A stretch of DNA of 63,019 bases, counting the filler, from Olpidium bornovanus S191 (Eukaryota > Fungi > Olpidiomycota): assembly GCA_017911155.1 (NCBI GenBank). It is 30 parts of 30 records of this genome, joined end to end, with 100 filler letters (N's around TTAATTAATTAA, not from the genome) between each part and the next. Parts side by side here need not be neighbours in the genome. Positions count along the whole stretch, not along the records: positions 23,434 to 25,735 come from JAEFCI010004629.1; positions 25,836 to 28,694 come from JAEFCI010009537.1; positions 28,795 to 30,497 come from JAEFCI010008450.1; positions 30,598 to 32,487 come from JAEFCI010005901.1; positions 32,588 to 33,790 come from JAEFCI010013139.1; positions 33,891 to 37,117 come from JAEFCI010002266.1; positions 37,218 to 39,033 come from JAEFCI010000250.1; 23 more parts are not named here. The stretch is one strand, 5' to 3'. A model generated the notes under the pieces. That model ran no database searches. It was not told where the DNA came from and was given only the letters and a program-made list of their open reading frames with translations. Below, piece by piece: positions 25,396-37,793 of this stretch. Every line of letters begins with the position of its first letter. Position 1 is the first letter of the stretch. Both the position numbers and the translations under genes were made by a program.

Positions 25396-26086
25396 GGCGG
25401 TCGTGCGAGTTGGCCAACTTCTATGCTGGTCCTCCGGTCCCTGGCAAACGCCACCGGCCTGCGGGCGGGCGGGGGAGGCGGACGTAATTCTATGGGTTAC
25501 ATTGTGTCATCTTTGACTGCATTCGCCGTGCTAGGCTGCTAAAAATGACCAGAGTCACGAAATTATTAGTGTCCAAACGGGAACTAACGCTGGGGATAAA
25601 GATTTCAAATAATGCACAAGAGATCGTATGGACATTGGGGGGTCAGTTTCGCGCAAACAAGAAAACGCCCCTGAGGACGAGAACTTCAAAGATCTGCCGA
25701 CATAAAATCCCGGGACGCCGAGTGACCATGACAGANNNNNNNNNNNNNNNNNNNNNNNNNNNNNNNNNNNNNNNNNNNNTTAATTAATTAANNNNNNNNN
25801 NNNNNNNNNNNNNNNNNNNNNNNNNNNNNNNNNNNGACATGTTTTGGTAAAATTAGCATTTGACTTAAGGCAGTGCTGGCCGCATTACATTGGCCCGAAA
25901 TTTGACAGGTTACTCAGGCGAGGTTTTTGGTAATCGGCTTATTATGGCGAAGTTCCCGCGCGAGAGACAGATCCGCTGACTAGTTCCATTTGCTCTCCCG
26001 ATAATGATTTATTCCAAGATCCTCAGACTTCAGCCTTGCGACACAACCTCTTTATCGCACCGTCTTTGCTTTTTTTTACTTCCCGG

Positions 26087-27448
26087 TCATTGTCGTCGTA
26101 GACTTCCCCCTGAGCGATCGGGTCGTGACAACTTCCGCGCGCCAGGGAGATGGGACGCCGTAGGTTTTCGCCGCGCGGTTGGCAACGGTTGTGGCCTTGT
26201 AAATGCCGACTGCTCGGAGTCAGTCTCGTCGGCCTCGGTGTTGCCGCCCGTACCCCAGTCTGTTCCACCCCGCTCTTCACCGTCACCATCGCCATCACCC
26301 TCCCTGGACTCGTCCTCATCGGACGGAGACATCGTCGGTGCAGATGACAATGCCGACGAAGAACCCTCTGACGCGGGTGAGGATGGCAAACGACCGGCGG
26401 TCTGAGACGCGGTAACGACGTTGGTCGACGTGTGTACCGCTGATCTCGGCGCCGCAGATCCCTTTCGTCGTTCCGGCTCGGCAACACATCCCGCTTCCGC
26501 CGGGGGTATTGCATTTGCGGCGGCAGCTCGCGGTGATGACGTAGCAGAAGCCGAAGCTGACGCGGCGGTCTGGTTCGCGGCGTGGTTCCTCCGCTTCGGT
26601 TTCGTTCTGATCTTAAACGCTGCGTGCCGTGAACGAAGGGTGGCGTGAGGGAAGCGCGATTCGGGCCACGAGGGAACTTGACAGCAGTGCGCGGGTTAAG
26701 CCTCGTGGCGAGCAGACCGACCTTCTCGCTCGGCCTTAACTCGCGGAAGAAAATCAGTGAAGCCGGCCACCTCTAATACGGCGAACACGTCCTGCGCAAC
26801 CACGGACGTGTGTCTGGTTGAAGTGGACCTCCTAAGAGCGCTCGCCCTGAGAGGTAGACGGGCCGCCCGGGAGGGTGAAAGGTGGCCGGCGCTTCGTCAA
26901 CAACGCCGTCGGTCCCGAGGAAACATTCCAGATAAAGACACGTGAACGGGTTTGCCCTTCCCCCACCAAGACGATTTTCCTCACTTGGTCGCCATGTAAG
27001 CGACAAAAGCGGTCGCCGCCTTCGCCGCCGCGAGTTTTGCCTCGTTCTGCAGGAACGCAGGTGGCTCCGGCTCCAGCCTCCTCGCGATCCTGGCCACGAG
27101 GGCCTGCGGCACCTCGTTGTCCTCACTGACGGCCGCCGCGGCGAAGTCGTTGGCGAACGAAGAGGGCTTGCCATGTTCAGCGGCGGACGCCGGCTCCCAA
27201 TCTGTCTCCCCCGCCTCGTCGCCGCCGTCCTCCTCCTCCTCTTCGCTGGAGTCGCCGTAGTCGCTCTCCACGTTGTTGGACCAGAGGCCGTCGGCCGCCG
27301 CCGTCCGCGGCGACGGGATTCTGCAGCCGCCGCCGCTGCTCCCGCTCCTCCTCCTCTTCGCCCTCCCGGCGCCCCCGCCCGCAGCCCGCGACGAAGCGCG
27401 GCCGCGGCCGGGGGCGCCTGACGGGGTGCTCTCGGCGGTGACGGACAT
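26087..27448 (-). CDS. DPB4: H2B-like histone-fold protein, Dpb4/POLE3 (CHRAC17)-like, with acidic tails
   Basis: VPQALVARIARRL...EAKLAAAKAATAFVAYMAT|ASALRRSTSTRHTSVVAQDVFAVLE fits the CBFD_NFYB_HMF pattern; acidic N- and C-terminal segments. Orthology versus NF-YB/NC2 is not resolved. Confidence 0.55.
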
Positions 27449-27891
27449 GCGGCGGCGCGTTCTTCTCGGGGTCCTGAAGAAGAAGAAGAGGGGTGCAGAA
27501 GGCGGCGAGGGCGGGTGGGGGCGCAGCGGCGGCTGCCGTGGAGCGGAAAATGCGGGCGGCGGAAAATCCGCCCGTCCGTCCCCCCAATTTCCCTCTCCCA
27601 GGAAGGAAAGAAGCCTGCCGGGTCATTTTTCATTCACAGAAAATTTGCAGTCCCCGGCTGCATCCGTAGCGTGCGTCCCCTCTGGGAAGCCGGGGATTTT
27701 GAAATCACGTTTGTCGCCTTGGAATGCGAGTTACGTTTCAGGAGCGGTGTGTCACGTAAGCCGGTTCCGCCGAGGGTGCGTCGGATTTTCTTTCTTTTCG
27801 TTTTCTTTTCCCCGTCAGGTCGGAAACAAAGTCGGACGACAGCGCCCGTTCTGCAAACCACCAAGGCGCGCCCATTCGACGCGCTGCACCC

Positions 27892-28694
27892 ATGGCGTCC
27901 TCAGCACCGCCGACGGCGCCGGTCCCGGACTTGGAACAAGTCTGCCAGGTAAACGGAGCCAGAGAGAACCGCGGGAACTGCACGGCGAGAAAGTCGGGGG
28001 AACGGCGGGAGCGGAAGAAGAGGCGGAGGAGTGCCCTCCGTTCAGACGTCCGGTTGGCCTGTTGAACGTGCTCCCCCTTCCCCGCTGACGTCGATCAACG
28101 GCCGCCAAAACGTTTTCGCGCGTGCGAGCGCAGCTCGTGGATCAAATGTACTTGTCCAACGATGCGTCGCTCCAGAAAAAGGCACACGAGTAAGGGAGGG
28201 CTTCCTGGTACCAGGGTCGGCCGAACCGTTGTAAACAACGCGCCAAATGTCCGATGCGCTTCGCCAACCACTGTGCTCGGGGTCGGCGCGTGCATCGCCC
28301 TGCAGCGCTCTCTTCCAAGTTCAGAAGCTGGACTACGCGTGGAATCTAGCGTCAGGCCTCCTGGGGACTGCGGTTGGTCGACCTGTAAACACGGCGACAG
28401 TCTTGAAATGGATAAACTCACGCCGATCATCTCGCAACTGGCCCGAACACCGATGTGGCAGTCCGTCAATGCTCAATTTTTTGGGGCTCATACGTATCAG
28501 ATCAAAATTTCCCGAGACTGGTGAGAAAGGGGGATTTGACATACTATGGGTTGAAGTCGATGCGTTGTGCACGGTTTTCTGAGCCGGGTCCTTGCCAAGT
28601 AGGACGTCGCTACTGGAAGATCAGATACCCATACTTCGCGACGAGCTGTTACGCTGGGCAATCCAGTTCGCATCAGGACCGAACGTTGTCATGA
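27892..28694 (+). CDS. Importin-beta family karyopherin (importin-13/transportin-3-like), N-terminal exons
   Basis: DLEQVCQ|LVDQMYLSNDASLQKKAH|DALFQVQKLDYAWNLASGLL|SVNAQFFGAHTYQIKISRDW|...LRDELLRWAIQFASGPNVV. Confidence 0.82.
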
Positions 28695-28894
28695 NNNNNN
28701 NNNNNNNNNNNNNNNNNNNNNNNNNNNNNNNNNNNNNNTTAATTAATTAANNNNNNNNNNNNNNNNNNNNNNNNNNNNNNNNNNNNNNNNNNNNCCTCTG
28801 CCGCCTCTGTGGCTCACGCGGCCGCCCTTGCGGTCCCTTGGCCGCCTGCATGGTCACGCGGCTGCCGTCGCGGAAGGAGGTCTCGAGGAAGGGG

Positions 28895-29011
28895 GTCTCG
28901 GAGTCTCGGAGTCTCAGAGTTTCGGAGGAGTCTCGGAGTCTGGGAGGAGTCTCGGAGTCTCGGAGTCTCGGAGTCTCGGAGGAGTCTCGGAGTCTCGGAG
29001 GAGTCTCGGAG
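28895..29011. repeat. Minisatellite of GAGTCTCG (8 nt) and GAGGAGTCTCG (11 nt) units
   Basis: About 13 consecutive units with few variants (gagtctcag, gagtttcg, gagtctgg). Confidence 0.9.
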
Positions 29012-29088
29012 GAAGGAGGGGTTCTGCGCCCGCGTGGCCCGGCAAGAGGAAGGCGGTTCTGGGGGGAGCGTCCGTGTGGCGTCGTCCC

Positions 29089-29122
<34 letters not shown>

Positions 29123-29733
29123 CCCGGCGCAAAACGCCGCCCGGCGGAAAAATCGCTGCCCGGCGCCCGCGGAAAACCGCCGCCCGGCGCCGGCGCAAAA
29201 ACGCCGCTAGCATTGGGCTGCAGGCTATGGCGACTTCTTCTTCTCAATTTTTTCCCCCGCTCCTCCCGTTCCAGCCTTTTCCCCCTGCCCCCCCCCCTCC
29301 CCCCTTTAAAAAAAACCTCCAGGGCTGGAGTCACATCATCCTCATCAGCTGGGCCAAGACCATACTTGCAATCTGACATGTCTACGGCCTCAGCTTCGTC
29401 GTTGGCGACACCGGCGTTGGCATCGATTACCATAAACTGCGTAATGTCCTTCAATAGCCAGCCTCAACTACTGGCGATCAGCCCGTGCATTTCCTTGGCC
29501 TGTGAACTTCTTCTGCCAACACCTTCCTCTCTATATTCGCCTTGCCTCGATCCATGAACCGCTCAAACACGTCAAAACATCACGCCATTGTAAACCACAC
29601 AACACCAGAAAGCCTGGCACCCGTCCATCCAGGCCCTCCCTCCAGGCATCCCATGATAACAACATCCAAGCCAACCCTAAGCTGCATTTTGCAAGCTACT
29701 TTAAGGGCATTGCGGTGCTCGGGTTTGGAAACA

Positions 29734-30110
29734 TCAAGCAAAAATACCGATTCCCTGAAGCTTGTCTTCCTTTGTGAATGTCACCATTTCCTCCTCCTCA
29801 GATGCCTCCTCCTCCTGCTCCTCAGCGTCCTGGACATAAGCGAGGACCTCGCGATCGTCCAACTCAGGGTGGACTGCCTCATCCTCATTTATGGGGTTGA
29901 GGAGGTTTTCGATAGACATTGGATTGCGCAGTGGTAATTGATTGATGGTGGCCTGAAGCTCTTGCCCAACAGCTAGCTCTTCGGAATCTTCCACAGGCAT
30001 CTCTGCTGCTTCCTGCTGGTCTTCTTGCTCAAACAGACCAGTATGACCGAAACCATTGACGACTGTCTGGCTTGTGATCTCTTCCCAGGCCGCCAGCGAC
30101 CAACGCATCC
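29734..30110 (-). mobile_element. pogo/Tigger (DDE_1, CENP-B-like) transposase C-terminal remnant
   Basis: MRWSLAAWEEITSQTVVNGFGHTG (cf. W...AW..V...TI.NCF.H.G), NPMSIENLLNPINEDE, acidic stretch; stops downstream. Confidence 0.68.
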
Positions 30111-30597
30111 CCGTAATGTAACGAAGTCTTTATTGACAGACGCCGGAGCGTGGGCTGGTGTCAATATTCTCAAAGACTACGTCTAGCTCAAGGTTCTTTC
30201 TGTGTACAAGATCTGGATTCTGGATTCAATAGGTCCAAGGTTGCGCTGGTCAACATCTCTATTTATGTGCGGACGCGGATACAGGCTTGTGCGTAGACGT
30301 GTGCGCGCGGGCAGGGACGCCCGCTTGTGTGCTCTCCGTGTGTGTGTAAGTTGTGGTTAACGCCCTCTCGCAAACACATGCCCGGCGACCACGTACGTTG
30401 GGTGACCTGGCCGCAACTACGATCAGCCTGAAGAAAGCAATTTTTCTCTCCCGAATACGAACGCGAACCTCGAACAAAACGTGCTAAGATTAGTTTCNNN
30501 NNNNNNNNNNNNNNNNNNNNNNNNNNNNNNNNNNNNNNNNNTTAATTAATTAANNNNNNNNNNNNNNNNNNNNNNNNNNNNNNNNNNNNNNNNNNNN

Positions 30598-32487
30598 CAT
30601 GCTTTTGGGCATTTTTTCTGGCTTGCGGGATGCCAGTGGCATTGCTGCCGCTGGTAACGTTGGTGTTGGAGAGCGGCTTGCAACAATTCCGGCATATGCG
30701 GTCAGTCTGTGAATGGAGGTTGCCTATACACCTGGGGCACCAAGGCGCGGGATGTTCCACAACGGTATATTCGAAAGCGTTCGCTTCGACGTCCTGGGCG
30801 ATGTCTAGGTGGAGACCTTTTCCGCGGCTTTTCCTTCTGAATGACTGAGGGACCTCCAACGGCGGACGAGGCTCCGGCATCTTTCCCTTATAGTTCGTCT
30901 TTCGCCGCTGTCCGCCATTGTGACTGTCACCGAGAAGATGGTAATACAGGCCGCCTGATTTGCTGTCATAGCCGTACAGGAAAGCTCCGGGCTCATTTCG
31001 CCGGGGGCTTGCAGCAACCGGTTTCCGCGTGACTGTGCCAAGAACTCCGACTTGGCGGCAGTTCCAACACGTTCTCGGCCCATGATCCACGCATTCCGCG
31101 AGGCCTTCAGACTTCCTACCGACTTGCTGCTGTTGGTGATCTTTCCTGAACAACTGCCTCAAAACACCCAAAGCGCGCGCGGTTGCGCACTTCACGCCGG
31201 TTTGTCGCTGCTGATCGGAAGGTGCGTTCAGCTGATGTGGAGTCCAGGCGTTACCTTCGTTGCCCTGATGCCCTACCCCGTCCGGGCCCGCCAGCGTTTG
31301 CAGCTTGAGCGAGGCAATTTCTCCACCGGGCAGGGTTTCGGCGGACGTTTCCTTAAGTTCTCCTTCCCTGAAGTCTGGATTTAGATTTGTTCCCAGCTTC
31401 TCAGACTCCTCTAAATACTTCGCAAGAAGCTTTCTTCGAGAAGTCGGCCCGTGGCCATGGACGATGTTCGGGATAACATTTCCTCGCGGCACCTCGGCTG
31501 CAGGTGACGAATTTCCGGTTTTGCCTTTAGCAGTCAGGGCTGCTGCCATGACGCTCTTCGACTGCGCGCGGTCTATGTGCCGGCGGAGCGCGCTCAAGGA
31601 TCCATTCGCATTGCTGCTCTTCAAAGGACGGGTTGCCTTGGAATGTACAAGAAGGTCGCGTACTGCAACCTCGGGTATCAGCCCCTCGCAGTTGTCCGCC
31701 ACCGACGTCTCTGGCGCGCATTTTGCTTGCATTGCTTCCCTCTGGTCTTTCCAGCTGTCGTGCGGCGCATGTTCGCCCTTGGGTTCTTTCGCCGGTCCAC
31801 CACCATCACCGCTCTGGTTGTCGCTGTCATGCTCGCGGTGAATGGAAGCCTTGTCGGGCGGGGGGCGACGGTCGAGCAGGTCGGCGAGCAGCGGATCGCT
31901 GCCGACAGGAAGTCTTGAGCGTACGCCGCAAACCAAACGGTTAGATCAACAACAAAGCGACGCCGCAAAAGCGTAATGTACATCTCAACGACGTCCCATT
32001 CCACATCGTATACCTGATTGGGAATCGGACCTCCGTCTGCGGCAACTCTAGGCATTTCAAGAGCGCTTGTACCGATTGCTCCCTCAGCAGACGGCATTGC
32101 TGTTGGATTCACCACCTCGTCAGCACAACAAACCGGCGCGTCACTGTACGACAAGAATGCTTGCTGGAACTCACGTCAATTACAGCTTGGCAGTCACTGC
32201 GGAATTCATTGTACTCCTTTATGCTCCTCCTGAAAGCGTCAATGACCCCTCCGCAGTCCCTGTGGCTCAGATTATCCTTGCTCTTGTGTTCTATCATTGT
32301 TGTCAAAGGCTGTGTACAACGTTACCCTTGTCAGACTAGTTTAGTCTGGCCATCTACAGCCGTCAATTCGTAAATTTCCAGTCGTACGTTCAGCTTCCAC
32401 AGGGTTGCGCCCTTGTCCATATGGAGAGTGTCGATAGCTCGCCCGAAGTCGCGCATTTGCTGACGTCCTTTCTCTCGGTCTTCCATG
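30598..32487 (-). mobile_element. Degenerate Ty1/copia gag-protease region
   Basis: IDTLHMDKGATLWKLNVRL...VDG (gag N-terminus), CWNCRQVG (eroded CCHC knuckle), SGGLYYHLLGD (cf. DSGAS.HMTGD protease), PRCIGNLHS (cf. P.L..NLLS); stops in the 5' third. Confidence 0.58.
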
Positions 32488-32604
32488 NNNNNNNNNNNNN
32501 NNNNNNNNNNNNNNNNNNNNNNNNNNNNNNNTTAATTAATTAANNNNNNNNNNNNNNNNNNNNNNNNNNNNNNNNNNNNNNNNNNNNCATGGAGCCTTCG
32601 GGTT

Positions 32605-32616
32605 GGGCTCATAACC
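32605..32616 (-). promoter_or_regulatory. Copia primer-binding site GGTTATGAGCCC (internal tRNA-iMet match)
   Basis: Minus strand ...CCTACA|GGTTATGAGCCC|aacccgaaggctccATG; complement of GGGCTCATAACC, the fungal initiator tRNA-Met anticodon arm. Confidence 0.85.
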
Positions 32617-32746
32617 TGTAGGATTCGAAGAGTTTTGAAGGGAGCCCACGGGGAGCTCTTCAATTCCGTCGCTCTGCTCTTCTTTTTATGAAAACGGCGT
32701 TTCAGGGTAAACCGCGGGGAATAACGTGTGGTTTCAGCGGTGAACA
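32617..32746 (-). mobile_element. Copia 5' LTR (130 bp)
   Basis: Minus strand TGTTCACC...CATAAAAAG...CCTACA immediately abutting the PBS. Confidence 0.7.
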
Positions 32747-33226
32747 GGGTGGGCTTTTCCGTCAAGAGGGGGTGTGGGGCGCGGGGTGGAAGCAGAGGAG
32801 ACGGCGACCTGGGAAAACAGCGACGTCGCAGACCGGAACCATCAACAGGAACCAGGGAAACGGCGGGTGACCACAGGAGAAATCGTCGAGCGCAAAGGAA
32901 AACGCGGGCGGGCGCATGGAATCACGCGTCGGCGCAAAAAGTGCGGGTGCGACCGCAGGAAAACGCGCGTAGGCGCAGACAGTCAGTCGAGGGAGATACT
33001 GTGCAAACGGGTGGACCGTTCGAAACGAGTTATACTCGCGCCCCGCCGCGACGGCCGACAGGCCATGGTTTGCGGGCGGCGACGTCGGGGGGCGGCGTAC
33101 GCGTCCGCGTAACGCAGCCAGCCGGAGGGGGAGGGGCGGCGGCGGCGGCTCCAGAGACCACGCGGCCGCACCCGCGCCCGGCGTGGTCGAACCGGTCAAG
33201 CCCCCCGGCCGAAGGCGCGGCCGCTC

Positions 33227-33790
<564 letters not shown>

Positions 33791-34109
33791 NNNNNNNNNN
33801 NNNNNNNNNNNNNNNNNNNNNNNNNNNNNNNNNNTTAATTAATTAANNNNNNNNNNNNNNNNNNNNNNNNNNNNNNNNNNNNNNNNNNNNCATGAGCTTA
33901 TGCTTACGCTGATCAAAAGCGAGCGCCCGGTACAGGAGTTGGTGGTGCTTTACAATCTGTTCAAGGACCAAATGTAACGTGGCCAGCTGGCCGGCAACGA
34001 TGTTCTTGTGTTTGTCAAGGGCCTATTAAGGATTAGAGTAGAACCGGGTGCAGCTAGGTTATAAGACGACCTCTGCAAACCGAACGGCTGATTTGGACGG
34101 ATGAGCAGC

Positions 34110-34280
34110 CGTTCTTATCGCGATGTGCACGCCGTGTTTTTTTACAATATGCTTGAGTAGGTGGATTGACGAAGTTTGCCTCTTGGCGCGAGCACGTGGC
34201 AATTTTTCATCCCGCCGGTTAGCAGTTTGACAGACGAGACACCTCCATTTTGCGCGGATTCTTTGTGAAAGAGTCGTGCT
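34110..34280 (-). mobile_element. BED zinc-finger remnant (hAT-like transposon)
   Basis: KWRCLVCQ...TSSIHLLKHIVKKHG fits the C-x2-C-x(n)-H-x4-H spacing with the TS..L..H BED signature; no downstream transposase body seen. Confidence 0.45.
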
Positions 34281-34798
34281 CCAGCTCGGCCTGTGTTTAC
34301 GTTTGGTTAAACTGTTCATTGCCGACTGGACCCCTTCCGTGTGAGGAAGCTATTTTTGGAGCAAGGTATAGGGTGGAGTTCGCTGTCGGCTTGTCGTCGT
34401 TTATTGCAATGGGTTTGGGTTTACGGGCAGTTGTCATTTCAGCGCAACGATTTTGGCGCCGCGCACCACACCCACCCCTTTTTTCCCCAAAAAGGATTTG
34501 CAACCCAATACCCGTGACAGTTACCATCAAGCCATCGTTTTGACGCTCGTATATTTCCGTCAATGACGACAACGGAACAGTGACCCTTTCCACCCTTCCC
34601 CCCCCCTCCCCCAGAAAAAAAAAGCATGCTGACTAAAATGCCCCCGCGAGCCATGGTGAAGCTGCGTTTGAGTAGATTATACAAGCGTGTGGCTACGTCA
34701 ACCAAGAGCGCCCTATTCAGATGTTTGGACAAACGGTGGAACGGAGAACCCGTAAAAGTTAGAACCCGGGCGCCGTCGGTGTGAATATCGCCGGACGG

Positions 34799-36806
34799 TC
34801 ACATCAGCTGGTTGCGTGGGCCCCAAAACCCGCCGCCCAGTAAAGCCGCCCTTACCTCCCGCTGTCGTTTTCGTGGGGACAATGCCTCCTCCTGGACAGC
34901 CCGGACCACTGATCCGATCAGCGTCTGGACTGCCGCCAGCTCCCCCTGGCGGCCGTTCGGCGAGTTCTCCTGCTTCGCGGACACAGCCGTGACGAGCGCT
35001 ACCCGCAAACTGAGCTTCTCGTTCACTGCGTTTTGACGCGCCCGCCCCCATACCCCCACCCCGAGGATTCAAACGGACAGTTAAAACGCAAGTTGACCGG
35101 GGCGCGGAGCACCACCGTTGCGTGAAATGCGTACGTAATGTGAGGACGCGTAGTTCGCGCTGCAGACGCTCGCGTTCCAGCCTCCAGGTCCTGTAGACCT
35201 CGGTGCATTCCCGATGATCGCCGTACTCACGGAACTAAGGGTCCGCCGCCGGCTGTGAGTAAGTTGCCCATTGACAAAAAAAGAATAACTGGGTACGCGC
35301 CGCCCGTTCGACACGCCAGCGAAATCGCACCATTTCCAGTTCCGACTGGCCCTTTTCCAATAGTGCCCTCGTCGCCTCCAGCTCTCTGCGCAGCGCAGGG
35401 AGCTCGCTACAGGTAGCGTCCAATTGCCTTCGCATTTTTAGCCTGCCGATGTTTTCGGCGTTCGCTGCGAACGACGGAGCGGGCGGTTGGACCCCCAAAA
35501 AATAAACGCAGATGCTGTCGATCAACGCAAATCCCCCGCTCCATCATCACCACATACCCCTCTTCTGTGCTTCGTCTAGTTCACTGAGTGCCCGGTCCCT
35601 CTCCTTCACGGCGATGGCGTGCATGTTCATCACCTCCGCCATTCTCTGTTCAAAACTTTCCCGCTCGGCCTGCAGTGCCCTTTCCGACGATGCCTTGATG
35701 TCGTGCAGCTCCTCTTGCACTTTCGATCTCTCATCTTCCTGAGCCTTGGCGGCTTTCTGCTGCAGATCGACGAGCGCTCTCGTTGCATCCAAATGTGTTT
35801 TCCTCAAAAGGTGCTGCGCCTTGTCTTGGGTTTGCGAAGTGAGTGAACACGATTGCAGTTTGCTTCCGTCGACTGAAACTGTCGCTCACCGTAATTCTTG
35901 CCAGCTTCGATCAGTTTGGTTTGCTCCTCGTGCAGCAGGACAGCAAGCTCGGATTTCTCCGTTTCTAGCTCGGCGGTTCGAGAGCCGGCCTCGAAGACCT
36001 TATCGCTGAGCTCTGCGTTCTGGTCTTCTAACTCTTGCACCCGCTGCGCAAGTTTACCAAGCTGCGAGGAGAGCCTTTCCGTCTCCGCCAGGAGACGATC
36101 GTGGTCCTGGGCTTCCCTCAGGCTCGCGTTCTCCGCGCTGAGCTCGTCCGCCTGCCTACGCGCCTCACGGAGAAGCTCCGCCAGCGCGTTCCTCTTGGCC
36201 TTGTAGAAGTCGCGCTGGGCCGTCAGCCTCTCCGCTTCCGCCTTCTTTTCCAACAGCTCAAGGGCGCGCGCGTGCGACTCGCGGAAGGCTTCCAAACTCC
36301 TGCGTTGTGTCTCGAGGAAATCGTCATCGCGCCGGCGCGAGTCCTCGGCAACTGCCCTCTCCAGTATTTCGATCAGGTTTTTGCTCTCCTCCTCCGCCGC
36401 CTCAAATTCCTTGACCCTGGAAGCGTGCGCGACCCTCTCGACGGCAAGGGCGACCTGTGCGCTTTCCTCGTCTCCATGCTCGGCCTCCATCACCGCCGCG
36501 AGGTGCGGATTTGCTTTCAGAGAGATGCTGCTGAGCAGCGGCGTGCGCTTGGAATTTGGTCTGAGTCACGAGAAAAAGACGGCGTAAACGATGCGGAAGG
36601 CGGAAACGCACCGCCGGGGCGGGGGCGAAGGAGAAGAGTTTGGAGTCGACGGTGCGGCGGGACTTCGTTTCGGAGAGCCGGGAGATTTCTTCGTTTTGTT
36701 TTGTGATATTTTTGGGCGGCGGAGTGAAGGCGAAACCAAAATGGAATTGGAGCTGGACGATGACAGGTGCGGAGATAGAATTTGATATACTCTCCATTCG
36801 CACCAC
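34799..36806 (-). CDS. Long coiled-coil hypothetical protein, multi-exon
   Basis: E/K/R/A/L-rich heptad exons at 36493-35890, 35826-35550, about 35480-35330 and about 35040-34850, separated by GT-AG introns; start uncertain. Confidence 0.68.
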
Positions 36807-37793
36807 ATCTGCGCAGAGGAAAACCCCCAGTCGAAATCGCAGACACTAGGAGAAGACGAAAGCAGCGGAATGTACGTAATTTTTGTATTTCAGTATGCCG
36901 TGGCAGTTCGGGCCGATCGGTCATCGCAAAGGGTCAACACCTTACCCTCTCGGAGGGCTCTAAGCCGAACCAAACCATGCGTTTGGCAACATTTCCCATG
37001 TAGATAACGCGGTAGCAGCTTCGTAAAAAGATCGACGTTGTTGTCGCTGGATGGTATCTTTGACGGTCATTATCATTTTTGTCGTTATATTAGCAAGATG
37101 TGTTTTGTTTGATCTGANNNNNNNNNNNNNNNNNNNNNNNNNNNNNNNNNNNNNNNNNNNNTTAATTAATTAANNNNNNNNNNNNNNNNNNNNNNNNNNN
37201 NNNNNNNNNNNNNNNNNCATGCCCCTCACGCCTGCAAAGGTTTGATGGGTGCTGTGGTTCACTCTTTGTCGCTCCAATTCTGAAGCGGAGCATTTTGGTG
37301 GTCTAACGCCTCGGGTCACACAGCGCCGTCGGTCCGCAATCTCCGCCATCAAGATGTTATCGCCATCGAGTCGGACACGTTCCTCCCTATCCAAAATCTT
37401 TTTCTGACTTTCGTTCTTCCTTTTTTTTTATAATGTGGCTCGCACGTCGCGTCTTTCGACTTCCCCTCCTGTGTCGACCGCTGAATAGGGGGGGGAGAAG
37501 GGTGGGAGGGGGATATGTGTGCAAATGCAGAACTAGCTGGTCCGGCTCTCGCTGTAACTATATCTGGTCGCGAGTTTGACCGCCGGACCGGAATCCCCAT
37601 CCAACCAAAAAACCGAATATGCGGCATTTCACAACGCTCCGCGCCAATTTCCAGAGGCAGTCAGTGTCCTTCGCGCGCGTGTTTTTTCTCTATTTTTCCT
37701 TCTTCTCCAACGCGGCGTCTTTCTCCTCGTACTCGCCGTACTCGCCGTTGACGAAAGTCCAATTTGCCGGCACTTCGTGCGTCAATGTACCGT

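Noticed and set aside
30133-30190. Helitron 3' end (TATTGACA...TGTCAATA hairpin then CTAG)
   Set aside because: The loop is long, the base after CTAG is C rather than T, and no Rep/helicase remnant is seen.
30670-30740. Second zinc finger (CPRC...H...CRNCC) in the gag-like ORF
   Set aside because: Position and the P..I.NL.S pattern fit the eroded post-protease copia motif better; the spacing is not CCHC.
32595-32640. tRNA-iMet gene
   Set aside because: Only the 12-nt anticodon-arm match is present, with no acceptor, D or T stems. It abuts an LTR end, so it is a PBS.
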